Source of the DNA: a virus
Taxonomy: Duplodnaviria > Caudoviricetes
Virus record (IMG/VR): IMGVR_UViG_3300028596_000001
DNA length: 64,000 nt
Direction: 5' to 3' (one strand)
The notes below the pieces were generated by a model. That model was not told the DNA's origin. It was given only the letters and a program-made list of their open reading frames with translations, and made no database searches. Position numbers and translations under genes: made by a program. Shown here in pieces: positions 39,981-48,877 of this stretch (within the stretch, counting starts at the first letter, position 1; each line of letters begins with the position of its first letter).

Positions 39981-40667
39981 TCAGCCCATACGCAGGTTGA
40001 AGTTGGTATCGATGTGACGAGCACGGAACAAGTAATGTACAGTGGAAAGCACCTTAGCAATAGTGCCTTTGCGCAGGCTGCTATTGGTGTTGGTACGCCC
40101 GGTAGTCAAGAGATCGTTCTTGTATGCCTTCAGAGCTTCCAAGTCACCACCCTTAACGTTGTATAGTTCGTTGGCCATGATGTCCAACCCCAGGTTACGC
40201 AGAACCGCGATCTCTGGCTGGCTGATACCTGTCGAACGGCTGTCGCCCATTACCTGACCAGTAAGGTCGTCGATGCTGTAGTCGTTCGCTGCAGCGCCGA
40301 ACTTGGTAACCTGCATCTGCCGTTGCTTACGCAGACGAACGATACCAGTAATGGCGGTGTGCGGAGTCATCGACTTGATGCCGGTGTCGGCGTCGTGGAT
40401 GATCAGTTGCTGCTCGATCTTCACCCCGTACTTCTTGGCCAGCTTGAGTATCCGCTCGTAGTTGATCATCTCCTTACGGTTCCAGTTGCTCACCCAGATG
40501 CTGAGGGGCATGCCCTGTTCCATCTGTACGACCATCTGTTCGATCTGCTTGTCGTTCAACTGGGCGAAGAGCTTACTGTAGATAACCTTGTTACCCCCGC
40601 CTTCAGTAACCTCGCCCATGAAGTTCAGGACGAAGTCTTCGAAACCTTTACGGTTAGCTGCGGCCAT
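39981..40667 (-). CDS. Virion RNA polymerase beta subunit, C-terminal part (phiKZ gp149-like)
   Basis: 'DDLTGQVMGDSRSTGISQPEIAVL...ELYNVKGGD' parallels the RpoB C-terminus (TQQPLGG...RFGEMEVWAL...EMLTVKSDD). Confidence 0.8.
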   Translation of the reverse strand: MAAANRKGFEDFVLNFMGEVTEGGGNKVIYSKLFAQLNDKQIEQMVVQMEQGMPLSIWVSNWNRKEMINYERILKLAKKYGVKIEQQLIIHDADTGIKSMTPHTAITGIVRLRKQRQMQVTKFGAAANDYSIDDLTGQVMGDSRSTGISQPEIAVLRNLGLDIMANELYNVKGGDLEALKAYKNDLLTTGRTNTNSSLRKGTIAKVLSTVHYLFRARHIDTNFNLRMG

Positions 40668-41041
40668 TACTGTTTCCTCTGATAACCAAAGGTGGTGATG
40701 GTCTTCTGAGCATTGCCCAGTACTTCTTTGGCCACCGAGATGAACGGATCGGATACAGTGTTGGTCAGCGCCAGCAGTTCATCGAACATGCTCGCAACGT
40801 TTTCCAGGTTCTGTCCGAAAGCCGTCTTGTTCTTGTCGTCAATCGGCAGTACTTTAACCGACGCATCAACACCGCTGATGCCATAACGGCCACTAACGGT
40901 CATCAGAGTTACTTCGTTCTGGCGTTGTCCCAGAATGGTACGCAAGCGAGTAATGTACTCGGTTGGATCCTTACACAGATTAGCGAAGTTGCTGTCTGCT
41001 ACTACCAGAATGATATTCGAACTTTGGACAGGAGGTACCAT
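40667..41041 (-). CDS. Small protein, possibly a degenerate SLOG/DUF2493-like fold
   Basis: 124 aa; 'IILVVADSNF', 'MTVSGRYG' and 'FDELLAL' loosely follow YspA/DUF2493 spacing. Confidence 0.3.
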   Translation of the reverse strand: MVPPVQSSNIILVVADSNFANLCKDPTEYITRLRTILGQRQNEVTLMTVSGRYGISGVDASVKVLPIDDKNKTAFGQNLENVASMFDELLALTNTVSDPFISVAKEVLGNAQKTITTFGYQRKQ

Positions 41042-41120
41042 TCCTTTAATCCCCTAATGCAAAAAATTGTGTATAGAGAGACCCGGGTTGAATTCCAGAT
41101 CCCTCTATAAAAAGTCGGTG

Positions 41121-42599
41121 TTATTTGATCCAGTACGGCTTACGCTCGCCCAAAGCGATCTTCAGCAGCTCCATTGTCGATACGGAGTGTTTCAGAATAC
41201 GCGGGTTGGTGTGCCAGTAATCAACGGTATTTTCCAGAATGTCATTCCAGTCATACCCCTGTTCTTTGATCTTCTCGTACAACTCTTTTGGAGTGATACG
41301 GTACTTCCGATCGAGGTCCAGCCAGATCTGTTGCATGTGCGCCATCTGGTAGCAGATGGTCAAGGCACGGTAGAACTTGGGATCGTTCATCGCCTTATCC
41401 CACGCAGTAGTACGACCTACCTTCAGTTCTGGATACAGCACGTTCCAGTGGCTGATGGCGGTGCCGTCAAAACCCCAGTACTTGGAAGTCTTGCACGCGT
41501 GGTACATGGTCAGACCAATCTGTACTCCGAGGCTTTGAGAGCCAATAAAGAAAAAGTCGCCACCAGAAAGGCCACTCTTATTACGGAATACGTTAAATGG
41601 GTAGAAAAGAAGATCAGGGTTTTCTTTTGCATTGGGGTCAAGAACTACATCGTTGCCGAATGGGTTAGGGTACATCCACTCTTGGCCGTTCTTCAATGCA
41701 CTGCCGCTAACGATACGAATACCGGTTTGCGGGATACGCAGCATGGAACGAGGAGCTTTGAGTTTCTTACCAGGAGAGATGAAGACTGTTTCTTTTTCCT
41801 GGGGACGACCGGAGATGTTAATCACATCAGTGATCTGGGCGGTCCACCATTGAAGCATGCCGATCTCACCACCGAGGTTGTCAGCATCTTCAAAAACGAT
41901 ACGGCGCATGTTGCCGATCTGCATGTCACGAGTACGCTTCTCGCCACCTTCGTCCACGTCACCTTCTTGGAAGTGAGCGGATACCTTGTGGAAAGGCATT
42001 TCCGAGATCGAGTCGACGAACGACATGATCGGAGTAATGTGTTGGAGTGGCTTACCGTCGTTGCCCAGATAAGGCAGGTCCATGTAGATACCTGGCTTCT
42101 TAGCCTTGATATCTGCCTTAACCATTTGGTTGAGGTCTTTGAACAGATGGTGAACCCAGGTGCCATCGACACCAGAGATACTGCCCATCAGTGCAGGGTT
42201 CTTGAATGGGTTCGCGCCAACGTCGTTCTTGTTGAAGTAGAAGAAGCGCTTGTTGAACACGTGCTCCATGAACTCGCCTTGTACGCCACAGTGCCGGTCG
42301 TATGCCTTGGCAATACGAGTCACTTGCAGAGTGGCTTCGATATCCACCACGAAAGCAACCGAGGTAGGGATACGCCAGAGAACAGTTACAATGTCCTCGA
42401 TGCTGCTGCCGGTTTTCTGAGTGTTGCTACCACCGGTCTTCGCGTTGTTGTGTACAGCACCCCCGTTGAGGTAAGTAATACCACCTTTACCTACAACGTA
42501 TTCCCCATTGATGATGTCGGAAACTGGGTTGATATTAAAAGCCGGAATGATGGAATCCGACGATTCAACCTCGTCCATAAAGCTAAAAGGGGTGGTCAT
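41121..42599 (-). CDS. uvsX: UvsX/RecA-like recombinase (phiKZ gp152-like)
   Basis: Walker A variant GGSNTQKT, Walker B SFVDS, 'KNKSGLSG'-type RNKSG motif; synteny with gp149 and gp153 homologs. Confidence 0.75.
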   Translation of the reverse strand: MTTPFSFMDEVESSDSIIPAFNINPVSDIINGEYVVGKGGITYLNGGAVHNNAKTGGSNTQKTGSSIEDIVTVLWRIPTSVAFVVDIEATLQVTRIAKAYDRHCGVQGEFMEHVFNKRFFYFNKNDVGANPFKNPALMGSISGVDGTWVHHLFKDLNQMVKADIKAKKPGIYMDLPYLGNDGKPLQHITPIMSFVDSISEMPFHKVSAHFQEGDVDEGGEKRTRDMQIGNMRRIVFEDADNLGGEIGMLQWWTAQITDVINISGRPQEKETVFISPGKKLKAPRSMLRIPQTGIRIVSGSALKNGQEWMYPNPFGNDVVLDPNAKENPDLLFYPFNVFRNKSGLSGGDFFFIGSQSLGVQIGLTMYHACKTSKYWGFDGTAISHWNVLYPELKVGRTTAWDKAMNDPKFYRALTICYQMAHMQQIWLDLDRKYRITPKELYEKIKEQGYDWNDILENTVDYWHTNPRILKHSVSTMELLKIALGERKPYWIK

Positions 42600-42680
42600 C
42601 CTACAATCATCCTATATTTTATGAAAATTCCGCAACAGGGCAAAATGCCCTACCCGACATATACCTATAACGAGGTAGTT

Positions 42681-43547
42681 ATGAAACATCCCGCTCAGGG
42701 TAAGGCAAACCCGTTTGCTCCTAAGCCGTTTGACGCCGAACGTAACGAGTTAATCCAGGCAGTCAAGTATCCGAACCACATGTCAGTAACAGGCTTCGAA
42801 GCTCTGAGCATTGGTGAGTCTTTCAACCTGTTCTTCAACGAGCTTTCCGTAACAATCGACAAGCGCATGGCGACTCTGTCGAAGAGTATCCACGTTGTTG
42901 ATTTCAACCAGGTCAAGAAGCACCTGGAAAAGAACAACATCTATTATGTCAAAAATACGGCAGTCGAGATCCTGACCCCGGAAGGTTACCACCCTGGTAT
43001 GGGCAACATGATGGCGCACACCAAGGCGGTAACTGATGCAGTCTACATTATCTGTAGTCTCAAAACTGAAGCGTCGAGACTATATGATTGGATGAAACAA
43101 ATCATCCAGAAAGGTCGTATGGAATCGCAGTTCAAGTGGACCATCGGTGAGTTCGGTATTGCTCTGAACAAAGCCGAAGACTTCATCAAAAACCTGCCGG
43201 ACAACTCGCGCAGCCTGCGTTATAACCTGGGTCAGGTTTACGTTAGCTACGACGAAGTATGGGCGGTAATGAACGTCCATAACAATGCCGTACGTACCAT
43301 GGGTAGCCGTGATATCGAACTCACTGCTAAAGTCCTGACCCAAGTCTACGAACTGGGACAGCTCCTGGTCAAGAAGATCCACGCTAACGATATCCTCCTG
43401 TCCAAGGAAGCTATCAGCGATATCGAACACATCGTCAACAAGTTTGCAGAACTCACCAACGTCAGCGGTGCGATGATGGTCCTGCTCAACGAACTGACCG
43501 CTGTGTTCAATGCCCAGCTGGAAGTCCTCGGCGAACTGAAGTACTAA
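42681..43547 (+). CDS. Virion structural (head) protein (phiKZ gp153-like)
   Basis: Likely true start at ATG 42681 after GAGGT. The upstream 41067 extension is antisense to uvsX. G-F-E is a possible protease site. Confidence 0.65.
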   Translation: MKHPAQGKANPFAPKPFDAERNELIQAVKYPNHMSVTGFEALSIGESFNLFFNELSVTIDKRMATLSKSIHVVDFNQVKKHLEKNNIYYVKNTAVEILTPEGYHPGMGNMMAHTKAVTDAVYIICSLKTEASRLYDWMKQIIQKGRMESQFKWTIGEFGIALNKAEDFIKNLPDNSRSLRYNLGQVYVSYDEVWAVMNVHNNAVRTMGSRDIELTAKVLTQVYELGQLLVKKIHANDILLSKEAISDIEHIVNKFAELTNVSGAMMVLLNELTAVFNAQLEVLGELKY

Positions 43548-43557
43548 GCAGCTATAA

Positions 43558-43595
43558 CCCCTACCCCAGCCTCCTGTAAAGGGCTGGGGTAGGGG
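43558..43595. terminator. 14-bp hairpin between convergent genes
   Basis: CCCCTACCCCAGCC...GGCTGGGGTAGGGG. Confidence 0.8.
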
Positions 43596-43605
43596 CATGA
43601 GCCTT

Positions 43606-45108
43606 TTATTTGCTTCGGCCTTGATCTGCCAGACTGAGTACCTTAAGGTTAGCTGCAGCTGACATATGGATATAAATCCAGCCGTTGGTTTCTACCAGAG
43701 TACAGAAACGAATACCAGCAGGATTGCGTGTGTCAGTAACCACCCAAACTTTTACGTCTGGATCTTCCACCGAGTTAAACGCATTTCGTTCCGGAATATC
43801 GTAACCAACACTCAACGTGATCGTTACAGGTTTGGCTGCCTTTGGATGAGCAACGTCTACCTTGAACACCGTTTTCAGCGGATTGAAGTCGGGATTAAGT
43901 TTGACCTTAATATCACCCTTCTTGTTAGCCTCTTTGGTGTAGACCATGTCGGTAATATCGTAGAACGTCGAATGCTTAAAGACGTTGTGTGCATCCCGAG
44001 CTTTAAAGGCATCCAGGATAACGTCAATGTCGTTCAACTGTTCACGGATCCGATAACTCATAAGCACTGGCTGAATCAACTCAATAAGAATTGGTTTGCC
44101 ATTGCCTTTAGTTACCGGAGAAACCAGGTTGTTACCTTCCCGGATAGCAGGATGCGAATCAATCATCCGCGCCACTTCTTTACTGGTCAGGTGATTGAGA
44201 TCACCGGCCAACAAATAGCCATCAGGGTTGTCGATCTTGCGTCGGGTAAAGTCATACAACTTATCCAACAAGACGATCGGTTCTTTGGTGTACAGTGCCG
44301 AATACGTTACATCAGGAGTAATCTTGCCGTAATAGTTCTTATCGGGCTCGACCTTACCGAAGCCGTATTTACGATACCCGTGTTTGAGATCGTAGAACTC
44401 TTCTTCCTTGACGTTCTGAAAGTACCAACGAGAAGCACTGACCATCTTGTTAAAGTCAGACTCTGGGTTCTCATACTCCTTACGGGGAGTGATAACAACC
44501 TCAGGATCCTTATCGTCACTAAACAAGGTCACTACTTCAGCAATTTCCATTTGCTTGTGGGCTCGGTTGTTACCCGCACCACCCTCAGCACTACCGGCGA
44601 AGTCGAACAGTACCTTGCTGTCATCCAGAGCTTTGAACCGCTCGATAACACCCAAGGTTTCAATCAAGACTTCCCTGTCACCTTCCGTGAGTTCAACACG
44701 ATTGATGCGCATGCCTTCCTTAACAGATTCCTTCTTAAGCTTGAAAACCTCCTGCAGTTCCTTATGCGGGGTAATCAAGCACAGATTCTTGTAAGGGCTA
44801 CCAGTCGTGGTGTACAAATCCAGTATTGCACTAAAACCTTTCAATACAGCTTGCAACAAAGTACCAGAATTCGGAACGATCAAACCCAGGATGTCATCGA
44901 CCACTACTACGGTGTTAGCCTTCTGGTTGTTACCAGTGTAGTACCCGTTGGTAGTAGCGACATCCTTAGCCAGTTTCTTCTTGCCTTCATTGGCAATGGT
45001 ATAACTGTAACCGTGGCCTCCTAGATAGTGCAGATGCTGCTTGCCTCGTTGCAATGACCTGGCGACCATATAGACCACCAGATTCATTCCAGGTTTATTC
45101 TCTTCCAT
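43606..45108 (-). CDS. RNase H-like protein (phiKZ gp155-like), catalytic carboxylates apparently absent
   Basis: 500 aa; 'GGHGYSY', 'TTNGY' and 'GNNRAH' landmarks; see finding. Confidence 0.65.
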   Translation of the reverse strand: MEENKPGMNLVVYMVARSLQRGKQHLHYLGGHGYSYTIANEGKKKLAKDVATTNGYYTGNNQKANTVVVVDDILGLIVPNSGTLLQAVLKGFSAILDLYTTTGSPYKNLCLITPHKELQEVFKLKKESVKEGMRINRVELTEGDREVLIETLGVIERFKALDDSKVLFDFAGSAEGGAGNNRAHKQMEIAEVVTLFSDDKDPEVVITPRKEYENPESDFNKMVSASRWYFQNVKEEEFYDLKHGYRKYGFGKVEPDKNYYGKITPDVTYSALYTKEPIVLLDKLYDFTRRKIDNPDGYLLAGDLNHLTSKEVARMIDSHPAIREGNNLVSPVTKGNGKPILIELIQPVLMSYRIREQLNDIDVILDAFKARDAHNVFKHSTFYDITDMVYTKEANKKGDIKVKLNPDFNPLKTVFKVDVAHPKAAKPVTITLSVGYDIPERNAFNSVEDPDVKVWVVTDTRNPAGIRFCTLVETNGWIYIHMSAAANLKVLSLADQGRSK

Positions 45109-45159
45109 TGCCGTCGCTCTTTAGATGGCCTACACTTAAGATAACGCGTAGGGTAAAGT

Positions 45160-45630
45160 TTAATTAGGTTTAGGAGGAGGGTGTTTCTGTTTCAGGAGCA
45201 AGGCATCGTTATTATCTTTAAGCCTTTTCATTTCCGCCATTTGTTTCTTGAGCAACACCTGTAACCAATAGTTTTCATGAACCAGTGAGATATTAGACTC
45301 AGACAGTTCCGCGTTTTCCTTACGCAAGGTGTTGCTGTTGGTATCAATAGAGGTAGACAGCTTATTGAGTTCGTCGGCCGTGCTAGAAGCGTTTTCTGGA
45401 TTCAACAAGAATCCCACTTTGCTAGCGACCGATTCATAGTCCTTCAGCTGAAACCGCAAATTGAAGTTATCTACTACCAAGCTAATTAACGCAAAAACCA
45501 ACACACTAATCAGAAAGACCGTAGACTTCAAAACAGACGTCAGTCGTGCCTCTGGACTGTCGCCTTGAGTGATGTGCAGGAGGAATTCTATGAATCTGTC
45601 AACCAGCTCTTTTAAGAGCGTAAAAAGCAT
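45160..45630 (-). CDS. Membrane protein with TM segment and coiled coil
   Basis: TM VFLISVLVFALISLVV followed by heptad repeats and a Pro-rich end. Confidence 0.65.
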   Translation of the reverse strand: MLFTLLKELVDRFIEFLLHITQGDSPEARLTSVLKSTVFLISVLVFALISLVVDNFNLRFQLKDYESVASKVGFLLNPENASSTADELNKLSTSIDTNSNTLRKENAELSESNISLVHENYWLQVLLKKQMAEMKRLKDNNDALLLKQKHPPPKPN

Positions 45631-45657
45631 ATATGTTCCTTATTTCTTGAGGTGTAA

Positions 45658-47004
45658 GTGATGGCTGCTAAGAATTTCTTATCTTTCGCTGCGATTGCAG
45701 AATTCGCTAATAATGGCGTTGCAAGTGTATCACCAATTGGCGAAATCTCCAACAAATCTAAAACGTACTCGAAAGACCAAGGGATCTTCACGTTCAACGA
45801 CCAACCATCCGCCACCGTACTGCACAACTTCGTAAGCCTGGATGGCGAAACCGAAATCGTGATGCCGGTAGCTATTGCTAATAAGGAACTGGAAATTAGC
45901 AACTGGCTGGTCGCCCAAACTAAAGCAGGCAATATCTCGAACAGTCGGCCGGGTTGCCTTGCTCTGTTGAAGACCCAATTTACTGCTGGTGTCGAGATTC
46001 TCGATATCGGCGAAATGGTAACCAACAATCGTTATTGGATGCCAAGCTTTGTAACTGGTAACCATATCGTCGGTGCTGAGAAACAACGTTTTTACTTGTG
46101 GTTCGCAGACGAATACTTTAAGCGGGAATACCCGCGCGTAGCGTTTGCCATTGTTCATCCAGTCGCGCTCGCCGACATGGATTCGTTGATGAACATGAAC
46201 TACCAGGAAATGGCAGCACGTCTGGCTTTGGAAACGCCTGACGTTATTAGCAAACGTATGCATGAAGTTAATGACAATGCCGCATGGCCAGTCACTGACG
46301 AAGAACCCATCTCCTTCGAGATGATGGACCTCATCAATACCCCCCGGTCGGTAACTGGCTGGTGGCACTATGCCTGGTGGGGTAACGGTGTCGATGCCCA
46401 GGATATTCTCTTTGAGCAGATGCGCAATGAGATTCTGAAGGATTCCAAATTTCCTCTGGCTAAATGGGAAGAGAAGATCCCCGACCTGTTCAACCCGATC
46501 GAGTTCTACGTCCTTCCATTCTTCAACCGTAAGGGCCTGTTGAACAAAACGAATGGGGCTCGTGAATACTCCCCGATCGTCGATAACGAAACCCGCATGG
46601 CCTTGGTAGATAAGTACCTCACCCCCAATATGACCCAGGATCACGTCATAAAATCTACCCAGTTCGTGCCGTTCTTGTGGAAATCCATCGCTGCTGCTTT
46701 TGTCGGCAAGGTAAACAACCGCGAAGGTACTAAGAAGATCTACGATCTGTTCTCTGACTACAGTCTGCGGCCGTCCGGTGACAGCTCTTTCGGTCAGATG
46801 AACCTGGCTACGATGGAGTTCGTTCGTCAAATGGAAAACCTGCTGGCGGCTGCTGAAGTCATGACCGATATCAGTCTGCCTCTGCCAGGCATCACTCGTG
46901 TGACGCGCTTCGGCAAAATGTACGCAGCTCGCCGAGTCGGCAAGGTCAAGTACCTGGTTATGACCAAATGGCAAATGCAAACTGATGGAGTAGCAGGTAT
47001 CTAA
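45658..47004 (+). CDS. Virion structural protein (phiKZ gp157-like)
   Basis: 448 aa with GAGG RBS; synteny. Confidence 0.6.
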   Translation: MMAAKNFLSFAAIAEFANNGVASVSPIGEISNKSKTYSKDQGIFTFNDQPSATVLHNFVSLDGETEIVMPVAIANKELEISNWLVAQTKAGNISNSRPGCLALLKTQFTAGVEILDIGEMVTNNRYWMPSFVTGNHIVGAEKQRFYLWFADEYFKREYPRVAFAIVHPVALADMDSLMNMNYQEMAARLALETPDVISKRMHEVNDNAAWPVTDEEPISFEMMDLINTPRSVTGWWHYAWWGNGVDAQDILFEQMRNEILKDSKFPLAKWEEKIPDLFNPIEFYVLPFFNRKGLLNKTNGAREYSPIVDNETRMALVDKYLTPNMTQDHVIKSTQFVPFLWKSIAAAFVGKVNNREGTKKIYDLFSDYSLRPSGDSSFGQMNLATMEFVRQMENLLAAAEVMTDISLPLPGITRVTRFGKMYAARRVGKVKYLVMTKWQMQTDGVAGI

Positions 47005-47005
47005 T

Positions 47006-47656
47006 ATGCCATCGAACAACATTATCCCGTCGATTGACGCTCGTGGTCGTTTCGAAGCGGAAGCACCTTTTGATCGCGTAGTTAAACCAGAGGTTTACTA
47101 CAAGGTCGAGGCCGTCCGAAACATCCACGAAATGGAAGCCCTCAAGCTCGACCTCTATGGATTGGTTTTCCAGCCTGTAGGGATCACGGTTGATGAATTC
47201 CCTGCTGTACTGGAACGTGCTCGTACTGCCGGGGCTAAAGTACTTAGCCTCCTGGATCGCCAAGACACCGCTACTTATGTCTTGACTACCTACCTCACCA
47301 GTTGGCCTCTGGTGGATGGCGTTAGTTACGAACGCATGTGTATCGTGGCAGACCTTGGTCCCTGCCCACCAAACATGAAGGACATCATCTCTAAGGAGAT
47401 CGAGCACTTCAAGAACCACATCGAAGCCAGTGTTGGTATCACCACTACTGTGACCCTAGGGACCATTCCTACTTTGGGTTACGTTAGTGCTGATCAAGCT
47501 GCTGCATACGAACGTATCAGGCAGACCAAGATCACCAACAGTGGTAACGATGTGGCACGTATTCGGGAACTCGAATCAGGGAACGCCAAGAAGGACGCTT
47601 ACATCCTCGAACTGGAAGCAGCCGTGGCGGCCCTTACCCAAAGACTCAACCCTTAA
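47006..47656 (+). CDS. Conserved protein (phiKZ gp158-like)
   Basis: 216 aa with a C-terminal coiled coil; synteny. Confidence 0.55.
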   Translation: MPSNNIIPSIDARGRFEAEAPFDRVVKPEVYYKVEAVRNIHEMEALKLDLYGLVFQPVGITVDEFPAVLERARTAGAKVLSLLDRQDTATYVLTTYLTSWPLVDGVSYERMCIVADLGPCPPNMKDIISKEIEHFKNHIEASVGITTTVTLGTIPTLGYVSADQAAAYERIRQTKITNSGNDVARIRELESGNAKKDAYILELEAAVAALTQRLNP

Positions 47657-47670
47657 CTAGGAAGTAGGAA

Positions 47671-48816
47671 ATGTCGGAAGTATTCGATGTAGTAGATAGT
47701 GAATACACGGAAGTGGCCGAACCGGAACACTTCGACATGGTGCTTCAAGGCACCTTGGATACCCTCGAAGGTATGGAAAGTCTCCGTACCACTTACACCA
47801 AGGCCCAGGAGTACCTTTACAGCTGTTTGAATACTTCCGAGTCCCTGAGCTACCAGCAACGTGTCGACGGCATGGAGAGTGTGTTCAGCAACATCGGTGA
47901 AGGTCTCGGTACCGCGTGGGAATACATCAAGAAACTCTTCAAGACCGTTTGGGAGTACTTCTTCGGCAGTGGCGACAACACGGTAGAAGCGAAAGCTGAA
48001 AAGACCGAGAAGGTCATCGAGAAAAACGAGAAGCAACTCAAGACTCTCGCTGGCAGCGGTAAGACCGAAGCCCAGGTAGAAGGCATCCGTAAGAAGGTTA
48101 AAGAGAAAGCCAAGAAGATCCAGGCTGACCCTCAAGCGTCTTCTTCCGACAAAGCCGTGGCTACCGATGTAATCAAGAAGATCGACGAAGGCAACGTCAA
48201 GTCCACTTCCCAAAAGGAAATGGACATCGGGGCAATGTGTGAACGCCTGGCCAAGATCGACAAGAAGAGTCGTCAGGCTCTTATCAAGCGTATTGGTGAG
48301 ACCGAGAACCTGCGTAAGTCTTACGCCGGGTATGTAGAGAAAGACCGCTCTGATGACATCGGTAATGGTCGCTTCAAGTCGATGTACAAGGTATTCCGTG
48401 AAACCCTCAAACAAGGGACCTTCACCACCAAGATCCCTGATCTGATCAAAGTGGATAGCATCACCACTATCCTCAATGCAGCGACCACTCAGGACAAGCT
48501 GCTGAAAGCAGTGGAAGATCACGGTAAGTTCGCCAAGTTCATCGCTTCGGAAAAGACTGAGTTCCAAACCGAGATCAAAGCTTTGGAAGAAGCCCTTGCC
48601 AAGAAAGGTAAAGGTTCCGGCCAAGGCGAAGTCAACGGAGAAGCGTACAAGAACAAGGGTGAGGTCAGTGCGCGTCTTAAAGCTGCTAACGCCGCGCTCA
48701 GTATCGTTAACGCCACTGCCGGCTACCAGACCAAGATGTTGGATTCCCTGGAGAAACTCAGTGACTCCGTTAAAGACATCTTCGGTGATTACAGCAACGT
48801 AATTGCCGTGGTTTAA
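47671..48816 (+). CDS. Inner-head/ejection protein, paralog A
   Basis: Acidic propeptide with G-M-E|S sites (S/A/G-x-E protease motif), then a Lys-rich helical body; paralog of 53638..54723. Confidence 0.7.
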   Translation: MSEVFDVVDSEYTEVAEPEHFDMVLQGTLDTLEGMESLRTTYTKAQEYLYSCLNTSESLSYQQRVDGMESVFSNIGEGLGTAWEYIKKLFKTVWEYFFGSGDNTVEAKAEKTEKVIEKNEKQLKTLAGSGKTEAQVEGIRKKVKEKAKKIQADPQASSSDKAVATDVIKKIDEGNVKSTSQKEMDIGAMCERLAKIDKKSRQALIKRIGETENLRKSYAGYVEKDRSDDIGNGRFKSMYKVFRETLKQGTFTTKIPDLIKVDSITTILNAATTQDKLLKAVEDHGKFAKFIASEKTEFQTEIKALEEALAKKGKGSGQGEVNGEAYKNKGEVSARLKAANAALSIVNATAGYQTKMLDSLEKLSDSVKDIFGDYSNVIAVV

Positions 48817-48826
48817 AAAGCGGCCA

Positions 48827-48866
48827 TATACTACCCCTAGCCCCGTCAAGGGCTAGGGGTAGTATA
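48827..48866. terminator. 17-bp hairpin between convergent genes
   Basis: TATACTACCCCTAGCCC-CGTCAA-GGGCTAGGGGTAGTATA. Confidence 0.8.
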
Positions 48867-48877
48867 GCTGCTACTGG

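Noticed and set aside
41121-42599. Walker A GGSNTQKT lacking the G before K, a possible dead recombinase
   Set aside because: Lys/Thr and the Walker B Asp are retained, and phiKZ-family UvsX proteins are known to have non-canonical P-loops; there is not enough evidence for inactivity.
41067-42680. N-terminal 538 aa of the 826-aa plus-strand ORF
   Set aside because: Antisense to uvsX; the likely real start is ATG 42681 with a GAGGT RBS.
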